Assembly (NCBI GenBank): GCA_043806595.1
Contig: JAZDGU010000049.1
Location: 1-15,892, forward strand
Origin: Candidatus Micrarchaeota archaeon
GTDB taxonomy: Archaea; Micrarchaeota; Micrarchaeia; Norongarragalinales; SBBD01
Length of the DNA: 15,892 bases
Reading direction: 5' to 3'
Below the pieces are notes generated by a model. The model did not search any database and was not told the DNA's origin. It saw nothing but the letters and a program-made list of their open reading frames with translations. A program made the position numbers and the translations under genes. Positions 1-6,509 of this stretch are shown in pieces; positions within the stretch are counted from its first letter, which is position 1; the number at the start of each line of letters is the position of its first letter.

Positions 1-2
1 TG

Positions 3-1070
3 ACCATCGAGCCTCCCAACGCCGCCGCGAAGTTTTCAAGCTACTCTGAGGAAACCCCGCATTCCACCATCTGCGACCAGATGGTTTCTGGCATAGCCTT
101 CGACTGCTACGACTTCGCAAAAAGAGGAGACCCATTCAACCCCGCATTCTCCGAGCCCGGTTTGGTCGCCTTCAAATGCTGCGACCGGGGCTCCGACGAC
201 TCCATCGTGCCGATGTCGGCATGCCCTTTCGACAAGGTCCTCCCCGGCTGTTCCACGGGCGGCTTCTACGTCGACATCGCCGTCACCAAGCCCGGAGTCT
301 ACCCCTACATGCCGCGCATCCAGGCGCAGGACTCCGCCGGCAACATCATCCGCGCGGGCGCGATTTCGGACAAGGACTTCCCCGCCCCCGTAACCTACCC
401 GCTTTTCAAGTACCTCGATGCGGCGTTTTACTTCAACCGCTACATCGCCTTCGGCACGGACATGCGCCAGACTAATACCGAGACCCCGGCGTACTTGCGG
501 GGCATCGCCAGCGGCGTCTGCATGAACGAGGACGGCACTGACCAGTCTCAAGGATGCCGGAACCCGACGACCATGGGGGGAGTTATGTCTGGTCTTCCCC
601 CTGGCAACTATGGCGGCACCAGCCATACGGATTCGGCAGGCGTTCGGAACGATCTTGCGATGAAATTTTTCAATGATGTGGTCTCCTCCAAAGCCTGCGA
701 GGTCATGCATAACAAATTCATTGAGGGAACGGCCACCGGCGAGTCCATCTTGGACGCACAGTTCTGCCAGAGTGCATGCGACGACACCGGCGATCCCAAC
801 GTAGACATCATGATAGGTGGTAGCGGCTGGCAGTCCTGCTCGGAAGTGAATGGCATACGGGCCAATGATGACCGCTATTCTTGGAAGGTCGGCCTGTTCG
901 GGGTAGAGCCCCCCGCGGCCTGCGAGCCGCCCGGAGGCTATTGCGCCTACATATCTAATGCCGACGTCAAGATAAACCTCGTGGACTCGAATCCGGTCGC
1001 GCAGGTCGATCCCTTCTCAAATAACCAGTTCTGCTGGTATTCCAGCGTCAAATACCCGAACTTGCCCTGA
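3..1070 (+). CDS. Cys-rich hypothetical protein, C-terminal part (5' truncated by window edge), possibly surface/secreted
   Basis: The frame of ORF 81..1070 stays open back to position 3 (TIEPPNAAAKFSS...ICDQMVSG). About 15 Cys in 355 visible residues, rich in G/D/S/N/P. Stop TGA at 1068-1070, convergent with the next gene. Confidence 0.75.
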   Translation, partial: TIEPPNAAAKFSSYSEETPHSTICDQMVSGIAFDCYDFAKRGDPFNPAFSEPGLVAFKCCDRGSDDSIVPMSACPFDKVLPGCSTGGFYVDIAVTKPGVYPYMPRIQAQDSAGNIIRAGAISDKDFPAPVTYPLFKYLDAAFYFNRYIAFGTDMRQTNTETPAYLRGIASGVCMNEDGTDQSQGCRNPTTMGGVMSGLPPGNYGGTSHTDSAGVRNDLAMKFFNDVVSSKACEVMHNKFIEGTATGESILDAQFCQSACDDTGDPNVDIMIGGSGWQSCSEVNGIRANDDRYSWKVGLFGVEPPAACEPPGGYCAYISNADVKINLVDSNPVAQVDPFSNNQFCWYSSVKYPNLP

Positions 1071-1071
1071 A

Positions 1072-1545
1072 TCATTTCCCAAGGGACGCCCTTGCGACCA
1101 CAAGCACCCCCGTAAGCAGCAGCCCGGCGGCGAGGTATTTGAGCGCAGTCCCCCACGTCGACAGCACGTTCTTCTCACTGCCGAAGTCGTTGAGCACGCC
1201 CTGGCCGAGCAGTATCGCCGAATACGCGGCGAGCACGCCCGGAATCGCGTACGAGAAGTCGAACGCGGACGGCTGGGGGAGCGACAGCAACGTCCCGTAT
1301 TTGGCCCCCTCTATGCCGAGCGCTATGGGTGCGGTGAGCCCGAAGAACAGGAGCGAGAACAGGAACACGAAGAAGAACGAGTTGAACGCGGCCACGGCGT
1401 CGTTGGCGTCGAAGTAGTACGGCGGCGGGTATTCCGCCGCGGGGGTTTCCCGCATCGCCCCCGAGGCGAAGTCGAAGTTGCTTGCCGCGACGTAGGTGAA
1501 TCCGATGGCGAGGCACGCGACGCTCAGGACGAAAAGCAGGTTCAT
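1072..1545 (-). CDS. Integral membrane protein, SpoIIM-like (tentative)
   Basis: 157 aa with about 4-5 hydrophobic segments. The pattern FNSFFFVFLFSLLFFG...EGAKYG...AIPGVLAAYSAILLG loosely resembles SpoIIM-family proteins. Lies 13 bp downstream of the co-oriented HTH gene. Confidence 0.65.
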   Translation of the reverse strand: MNLLFVLSVACLAIGFTYVAASNFDFASGAMRETPAAEYPPPYYFDANDAVAAFNSFFFVFLFSLLFFGLTAPIALGIEGAKYGTLLSLPQPSAFDFSYAIPGVLAAYSAILLGQGVLNDFGSEKNVLSTWGTALKYLAAGLLLTGVLVVARASLGK

Positions 1546-1558
1546 GCCTTTGCACCGG

Positions 1559-2245
1559 TCAGATGGTCATCTCCTTGACCGCCTTGCGGATCTCATCGAG
1601 GGGCATCTTCGTGGTCAGCAGCGGGATGCCTTCGCTTTCCGCTATCTTCACCGCGAGCTTGTCCACCTCGCCGATGTCGTGCAGGATGATGACCGCGGGC
1701 TTTATCGGCGTCACGCGCACGGCGATCATGGGGCTTCGGCCGGTGCTGACGTGCAGGAACAGCAGCGCGCGTTCCGAGGTGCCGCTGTATATCTTGATGA
1801 AGCTCTCGTACGGCAGCTCGAGGATCATCTTGATGCTGTCCAGGATCGTCACGCCGAAGAGGTTCCTCTGCTCCAGCTTCTCGCCGCAGGCGACGACCTT
1901 GCATCCCAACAGTTTGGTGAAGTCCTTGGCGTTGAACGGCTTGAGGAAGTCAATGGCCTCGTACAGTGCCTTCGTGTCCTCGACCTCGCGGAACTTTTTG
2001 CTGACGTCGCCGCCCTTGCCGCCGTCTATGTCGAAAAGCGCGTCGACGAACCTGTGGACGACGGCGATGCCGGGGCTCTTGCGCCTGTTGCTCTCGTAGT
2101 CGGATATGGTGCTGGGCGAGATCTTGAGGTGCTGGGACAGCTCCGTCTGGGTGATGTTGAATACCTCGCGCCACTTCTTCATGGCGCTCCCCGGGTCCTT
2201 GGAAAGCGAGATTTCTCCCGCGATTTTGACCTTGAGCTGCTCCAT
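1559..2245 (-). CDS. Archaeal XRE-family HTH transcriptional regulator with C-terminal DRTGG-like domain (COG1709-like)
   Basis: The N-terminal IAGEISLSKDPGSAMKKWREVFNITQTELSQHLKISPSTISDYESNRRKSPG is an XRE HTH. The C-terminal RALLFLHVSTGRSPMIAVRV...DKLAVKIAESEGIPLL is typical of this conserved archaeal family. Confidence 0.88.
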   Translation of the reverse strand: MEQLKVKIAGEISLSKDPGSAMKKWREVFNITQTELSQHLKISPSTISDYESNRRKSPGIAVVHRFVDALFDIDGGKGGDVSKKFREVEDTKALYEAIDFLKPFNAKDFTKLLGCKVVACGEKLEQRNLFGVTILDSIKMILELPYESFIKIYSGTSERALLFLHVSTGRSPMIAVRVTPIKPAVIILHDIGEVDKLAVKIAESEGIPLLTTKMPLDEIRKAVKEMTI

Positions 2246-2267
2246 GACTACACAGAGGCGGAGCCGC

Positions 2268-2281
2268 TTTAAAACCCTTTG
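2268..2281 (-). promoter_or_regulatory. BRE/TATA-like promoter for the XRE regulator (probably leaderless)
   Basis: Minus strand reads CAAAGGG-TTTTAAA, ending about 22 nt before the ATG at 2245. No SD sequence. Confidence 0.6.
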
Positions 2282-2295
2282 CCGTTTGACGAAGC

Positions 2296-3264
2296 TTATT
2301 CGTCCCCCCTTGCCAGCGGAGAGGTCCGTTCCGGCTCGGGTTTCTTGAATTCCGCGAGGTCCGCGCCTATCTCGAGCAGGTCCTTCGAGTACTCTGCGAT
2401 GGAATGCAGGCGCTCCAACACGCCCTTCATCGCCACCGCCTTTTCCGGGCCGTGCGCCTTCCGCATGAGCTCGTCCCCCTCCTTTCCGAGCCTCTCCTCG
2501 AATTCCTGCACGAGCGCGAACTGCTTCTCGGAGAACCGTTCCTCATAGAACGTCTCAAAGCATGTGCGGAACACCGCCTCCGCCTTCTCCAGCAGCCCCC
2601 TCAGCCTGGCGTTCGGGGCAACTGTGCGGCCGTTCGTGCACGCGAGCTCGAGGTTGTCTGCGAGGTCCTCGAGCGCCTTGGCGGCGAGCGTCTTGTTCAG
2701 CGCGCGGTGGAGCGACCCGTAGTCCCGGTTCGCCGCGCGGAGCGCCAGGAAATACATGCGGTCGAGCTCGTGCTCGCGCTTCTCGACCTCGGGCAGCACG
2801 TCCGTGCCCGTCTCGAAGAGACGGCGCGATACCGAGAACATGGCCGATACCACCACGTACATCCTCCGGAGCACGTGGTCGGTGGTGAACGCCTCGCCCC
2901 TGTGGAACACATGCAGCGTGACCTCGTCCCCATTCTCCTCCATGGTCTCGAGGGCGCTGAGCCGCGAGCGCGCCTCCTCACACACTGTGCCCGCGAGCGC
3001 TCCCCTGACCACTATCGAGTCCGCGCCGGACACGTATGCGGAAATGACCTTCCTCAAGGAGTTCTCGAGGTCGCTTCCTGTCTCCACGATGCGGGCCATG
3101 CCCTTGCTGCCCGGTCTGGTGTGGATGGTGAGGCTCCCGTCCGAGTTCGGGGTGATGAATGCCGGGCTCCCGGCCGAGATCCCGTTTCCCTTGGCCCACT
3201 CCTTCGGCAGCGAGACCGCATAGGTTCCCCCGCCCGTTTTCTGGATTTTCCTGATATTCTCCAT
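2296..3264 (-). CDS. phoU: Archaeal phosphate uptake regulator, N-terminal AbrB/MazE-like domain plus PhoU-like helical domains
   Basis: RKIQKTGGGTYAVSLPKEWAK is the AbrB-type N-terminus of archaeal PhoU regulators. It is followed by RKVISAYVSGAD and PhoU-like repeats (EKREHELDRMYFLALR; AKALEDLADN; LERLHSIAEYSKDLLE). Confidence 0.85.
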   Translation of the reverse strand: MENIRKIQKTGGGTYAVSLPKEWAKGNGISAGSPAFITPNSDGSLTIHTRPGSKGMARIVETGSDLENSLRKVISAYVSGADSIVVRGALAGTVCEEARSRLSALETMEENGDEVTLHVFHRGEAFTTDHVLRRMYVVVSAMFSVSRRLFETGTDVLPEVEKREHELDRMYFLALRAANRDYGSLHRALNKTLAAKALEDLADNLELACTNGRTVAPNARLRGLLEKAEAVFRTCFETFYEERFSEKQFALVQEFEERLGKEGDELMRKAHGPEKAVAMKGVLERLHSIAEYSKDLLEIGADLAEFKKPEPERTSPLARGDE

Positions 3265-3329
3265 ATATTTTTCCCCATTTCCGTATTATTCTTACACTAT
3301 ACTTGCTATGTAGGAAAAATATATACTTG
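3263..3329. promoter_or_regulatory. AT-rich divergent promoter region with 12-bp inverted repeat and 8-bp direct repeat
   Basis: ATATATTTTTCC (3263-3274) and GGAAAAATATAT (3313-3324) are exact reverse complements. TATACTTG occurs at 3298-3305 and 3322-3329. GGAAAAATATATA resembles BRE+TATA. Confidence 0.6.
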
Positions 3330-3428
3330 TCCCCGGGCGCAATACCTTCGGGAGGAAGTCGGTGAAGTCCTTCCAGTGCGCCGGCTGCCGTGCAAAGGGC
3401 GCGGCCGCCGGCATAGGAGGCGGTGCCC

Positions 3429-3551
3429 ATGGCAGGAGTACTCGAGGTTTTGCTGGTCCTCGCGTTCGTGGCCTATGTGCTGCCACGCATCCTGGCAGAG
3501 CCCAAGGCCTACCAGAGCACTAACGACTGGGGCGAGCAGCCGCGCTTCTAA
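3429..3551 (+). CDS. Small single-pass membrane protein, 40 aa (not in ORF track)
   Basis: GGAGG at 3416-3420, ATG at 3429, TAA at 3549-3551. Translation MAGVLEVLLVLAFVAYVLPRILAEPKAYQSTNDWGEQPRF has one hydrophobic helix and a polar tail. Fills the gap between phoU and ssb. Confidence 0.6.
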   Translation: MAGVLEVLLVLAFVAYVLPRILAEPKAYQSTNDWGEQPRF

Positions 3552-3567
3552 TCCGCATGCGGAAGAA

Positions 3568-3855
3568 TCAGATGGCCTCCATCTTGCCGAACTTGCCGAG
3601 CGTAAGCTGGGTCTTGTCCTGCCACGTGTTGACGTACGCGTTGGTGATGTGCACCACGCTGCCGACCTGGACCTGGTCGATGCTGTCGTTCCACAGCGTA
3701 AGCGTTATCGTCCCGCTGGCGTCCTTCAGCGAGGCGTTGGCCACTCGCAGCGTGCGGCCCATCTTGTTGATTTCGCGCGGCTGCTCGAGTTCCACTATCT
3801 CGCCCTTGACTTCGACGTTGGTGGCCCCAGGCTTCAATTCAGATATCTTCATCAT
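3568..3855 (-). CDS. ssb: Single OB-fold single-stranded DNA-binding protein (archaeal SSB/RPA-like)
   Basis: MKISELKPGATNVEVKGEIVE...VANASLKDASGTITLTLWND...GSVVHITNAYVNTWQDKTQLTLGKFG is the classic archaeal SSB OB fold. Purine-rich SD-like GAGGGGG upstream. The start may be the second ATG (3852). Confidence 0.9.
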   Translation of the reverse strand: MMKISELKPGATNVEVKGEIVELEQPREINKMGRTLRVANASLKDASGTITLTLWNDSIDQVQVGSVVHITNAYVNTWQDKTQLTLGKFGKMEAI

Positions 3856-3903
3856 CAGAATCCCCCCTCTTTTTTGCGGTATCTATAATCCCCCAATCAC
3901 CTT

Positions 3904-4314
3904 TTAATTGCTTTCCCCCTCCCTGGAGAACTCCAGGCCGCCTGCGGTCGCCCTGACTGACCACCCGCCCCGCCCCATTTCCGTCCTTGCCGCTGCCAGG
4001 GCGCATTTCCTCCAGATTTCCATCTCCCTCCCGCCCACGCCGAATCTCAGTACGATTCTCTCCCCGTCGGCTTCGACCTGCGTATCGACCGGAATGTGCA
4101 CGCGCGTCTCGAGAACGCCGCCGGGCAAGAGCGCAGCTGCCTCCGCCAGCGCCGATATTCTCTCGGCGGCTGCTTGCTCCTGCTCTGCGGCAAGCCGGGC
4201 CTCGGCGGCCCCGACAGCTTCACCGAAGGCCGGGGCAAGCACTAGAAAGAACCCCGCGGCCGCAGCAAGGAGAAGCAGCAGCTCCGCGCTGGCCTGCCCC
4301 CGCGGTGCGTTCAT
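3904..4314 (-). CDS. Class III signal peptide (pilin-like) protein, 136 aa
   Basis: Start reassigned to ATG 4314 inside ORF 3904..4557. MNAPRG|QASAELLLLLAAAAGFFLVLA fits the RG|QxSxE prepilin motif followed by a hydrophobic helix. 8 bp downstream of the preceding pilin gene. Confidence 0.8.
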   Translation of the reverse strand: MNAPRGQASAELLLLLAAAAGFFLVLAPAFGEAVGAAEARLAAEQEQAAAERISALAEAAALLPGGVLETRVHIPVDTQVEADGERIVLRFGVGGREMEIWRKCALAAARTEMGRGGWSVRATAGGLEFSREGESN

Positions 4315-4322
4315 CAGGGGGT

Positions 4323-4523
4323 TCACTTTATCTTGTCGACTTCGTTCCAGGCGGCCTTGGTCTTCTTCTCGAGGTTTGCCGCACCCGTCTTCGCGGTCTG
4401 CTGCAGCTGGTTGACCAGAACTATGGCCAGAGCCACCGCCGCCGCTATGACGATCAACAGCTCCGCGGAAACCTGCCCGCGGCTCTCCTCCAATACCCCC
4501 AACGGCCCCCTTTTCCTGCGCAT
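4323..4523 (-). CDS. Small class III signal peptide pilin (DUF361-like)
   Basis: ...ESRG|QVSAELLIVIAAAVALAIVLVNQL... has the RG|QxSxE motif, a hydrophobic helix and a short amphipathic tail. The exact start is uncertain. Confidence 0.85.
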   Translation of the reverse strand: MRRKRGPLGVLEESRGQVSAELLIVIAAAVALAIVLVNQLQQTAKTGAANLEKKTKAAWNEVDKIK

Positions 4524-4537
4524 GCGCGCCGCCCCGC

Positions 4538-4554
4538 CCCTTTTTCAAAAAGGG
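4538..4554. repeat. 17-bp palindrome CCCTTTTT-C-AAAAAGGG
   Basis: Perfect 8-1-8 inverted repeat 14 bp upstream of the pilin ATG. Confidence 0.55.
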
Positions 4555-4743
4555 CACAACTAGCCTTCAGCGGTCTTGCGTGCCATCAGGATTCCCACTG
4601 CCTTCATTGCAGTGCCGCATTAATATTCCTTTTCCCCCCTCTCTGCCCGGGCGGCTTGTTGCAGAGGGTCGTCCGTGCCGGGGTTAGTTTAATAAAGCTA
4701 GTGGGGCTTTAAGGTCATCCCCGTTTTCGGCAGGAATGGTTTC

Positions 4744-5187
4744 ATGGAAACTCAGAAGTCATTGGACGGATTCGTCGCGGCCGCAGCGCAGCCCGTGCAG
4801 CTGGCGCGCACGCCGAGCATATCCCCGTTCAAGGGGGCGACCCTCCTGGTGCTCCGCTTCCTCTACATCAACAATTCCGGCTACGCCTCACAGATAGCGA
4901 AGCACTGCGGCGTAACTGCGGCGAGGGCCTGCCAGGTGCTCAAGGACCTCGAGGGCAAGGCCCTCGTTGAAAGCACCTCCCGCGAGACGGACTGCCGCTA
5001 CTGCGCCGGCACAGGCCGCAAGAACTACGGCACCCAGTCCGCCTCCTGCATTTACTGCGAGAACGGCCGGACCAAGGAGAAGACCTACCCCCTGTTCTAC
5101 CGCATAACCGACTCCTCCAGGCCTGCGGTCGCAGGAATGTTCAACGCAATCTACGAGATCAGCGCCGGTGTGCAGCCGAAGGCGTAG
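4744..5187 (+). CDS. Winged-HTH protein (ArsR/TrmB-like) with inserted C4 zinc finger
   Basis: LLVLRFLYINNSGYASQIAKHCGVTAARACQVLKDLEGKALVES is a wHTH core. It is followed by CRYCAGTG-x10-CIYCENG and then the returning wing strand YPLFYRIT. Confidence 0.8.
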   Translation: METQKSLDGFVAAAAQPVQLARTPSISPFKGATLLVLRFLYINNSGYASQIAKHCGVTAARACQVLKDLEGKALVESTSRETDCRYCAGTGRKNYGTQSASCIYCENGRTKEKTYPLFYRITDSSRPAVAGMFNAIYEISAGVQPKA

Positions 5188-5191
5188 CCTC

Positions 5192-5710
5192 ATGGACGAA
5201 GGCAGGAAGTGGTACCTGATTTTCTACGACGTGAAGGGCAGCAAGGCCTTCGCCAAGAGCACCTTCCGCAGCAAGATATCGAGGGAACTCGCGAAGACCC
5301 CCATGGTGCCGCTCCAGCAGTCGGTTTGGGCGGTGCTCCAGACGCCGCAGAACAAGGCCATCGTCGACCGCCTCGTCGAGGTCATCCGCGCGCAGAACGC
5401 GAAGGTGCTGCTGTTCGAGGGCTCGCCCGCCCTGCCGACCACGAATTCCGACGTCGAGGAGATGATCGGAGGCCTCATCGACCGCAAGTACGAGATACTG
5501 CAGAAACAGCTGCAATCGCTCAAGGCGCTTGTCAAGAAGTCCGAGGACAGGGCCAAACGCAAGAAGGAGTTCTCGCGCGCCGCGCTGCGCCTGCGCCGCA
5601 AATTCGACCGAGTCTCCGGCCTCGACCCCCGCGAGATGATATCCAACGCGCGTTCCCTGATCGAGGGCGAGTTCTTTGCCCTCGAGAAGGAAATCAACGA
5701 GATGCCCTAG
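5192..5710 (+). CDS. Cas2/VapD/PaaX-central/ChrB-like ferredoxin-fold protein with helical C-terminal domain, 172 aa
   Basis: ATG at 5192, 4 bp after the upstream stop. WYLIFYDV...RSKISRELAK...PLQQSVWAV matches Cas2-superfamily motifs (YD after strand 1, QxSV[FW]). The helical tail (DRKYEIL...LRRKFDRVSGLDP) is reminiscent of ChrB C-terminal domains. Confidence 0.72.
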   Translation: MDEGRKWYLIFYDVKGSKAFAKSTFRSKISRELAKTPMVPLQQSVWAVLQTPQNKAIVDRLVEVIRAQNAKVLLFEGSPALPTTNSDVEEMIGGLIDRKYEILQKQLQSLKALVKKSEDRAKRKKEFSRAALRLRRKFDRVSGLDPREMISNARSLIEGEFFALEKEINEMP

Positions 5711-5749
5711 TCGATTTCTTTAAATGCCTTTGCCGCGTCATACGGTCTC

Positions 5750-6121
5750 ATGCCGCATTACGGCCAGGAAGTCGAGGAGAGCGGGGAGTTCGAGCTGATG
5801 GCGCGGAGGGTGCGGTCGGTAGGCCCGTCCCGCTTCAATGAGAGGGAGCGGCGCTTCGAATTCAAGGTCGGCTGGGAGCCGGTGCCGGAAATGGGCTGCC
5901 TCGCCGCCGAGCCGCGCCGCCTGTTAGCCGAACGCTTCCAGGAGGGCTTCAAGGCATGGCTACTCCGGCGCGCCTCGGAAGGCATCCGCCGAGGCCTGCA
6001 GGTGGAGCTCGAACGCGAGGAGCCTGCGGTCAACCGGATCTCGCATTTCCGGCCGGCCGTCCTCGAGGGCCTGCGTAGGAGAATACTCGCGGCAGAATCG
6101 CCGTTTGTGCGGGGCCGTTAG
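5750..6121 (+). CDS. Hypothetical protein, 123 aa, Arg/Glu-rich
   Basis: The ORF tiles the region without overlap. TTTAAAT at 5719-5725 lies about 25 nt upstream of the ATG. Confidence 0.6.
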   Translation: MPHYGQEVEESGEFELMARRVRSVGPSRFNERERRFEFKVGWEPVPEMGCLAAEPRRLLAERFQEGFKAWLLRRASEGIRRGLQVELEREEPAVNRISHFRPAVLEGLRRRILAAESPFVRGR

Positions 6122-6139
6122 ATCCAAGGGGGTTTTTGC

Positions 6140-6475
6140 ATGGAGCAGTTCATCGAGGGCCTGAAGGCGAACCAATCGCGCGTCCTCTCGCTGGAGTACG
6201 TCTCGCCGGAAGAGGCGGTGCTGCGGTTCATCCCCCCGAAGCCGTCTTCGGCGGGCCCGAAGGACGCGGGCGCCGTCCCCTTCTTCCTCATCAGCACGCT
6301 CGAATTCCGGTTGGGAACCACCGTCGAATACGAGGATCCTGGCGATGGCTCCTATGCGCTCCATGTCACGCGGCCGGGGAAGCCCTTCTCCGAGTCCGGC
6401 CTGCGCGAGCTGGCTTCGAGGCACCAGCTCCAGTTCCTAGTGCGCAAGAACGGGCACAACTCGCCCGTGAACTGA
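6140..6475 (+). CDS. Hypothetical protein, 111 aa
   Basis: GC3-rich codons, a globular alpha/beta-like pattern, and purine-rich AAGGGGG upstream. Confidence 0.7.
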   Translation: MEQFIEGLKANQSRVLSLEYVSPEEAVLRFIPPKPSSAGPKDAGAVPFFLISTLEFRLGTTVEYEDPGDGSYALHVTRPGKPFSESGLRELASRHQLQFLVRKNGHNSPVN

Positions 6476-6509
6476 CTGCAATATAATCGCCGGCCGTCAT
6501 CTTTTATGC

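Noticed and set aside
3343..3380. Resemblance of GGAAGTCGGTGAAGTCC to cobalamin or FMN riboswitch cores
   Set aside because: The required stem pairing and downstream conserved boxes are missing, and the adjacent genes do not fit.
3292..3486. 64-aa minus-strand ORF upstream of phoU
   Set aside because: Pro/Arg-rich, runs through the AT-rich promoter, and overlaps the better-supported 40-aa plus-strand ORF.
2404..3888. 494-aa plus-strand ORF and similar long shadow ORFs (13365..14489, 7907..8845, 1496..2272)
   Set aside because: They overlap clearly identifiable genes on the opposite strand and reflect stop-codon scarcity at high GC.
4315..4557. N-terminal extensions of track ORFs 3904..4557, 13404..14627, 11534..12211 and 5168..5710
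   Set aside because: The extensions overlap neighbouring real genes. Internal ATGs at 4314, 14312, 11666 and 5192 fit motifs and spacing better.
4524..5750. CRISPR-Cas locus suggested by the Cas2-like gene
   Set aside because: No regularly spaced repeats, cas1 or other cas genes are visible anywhere in the window.
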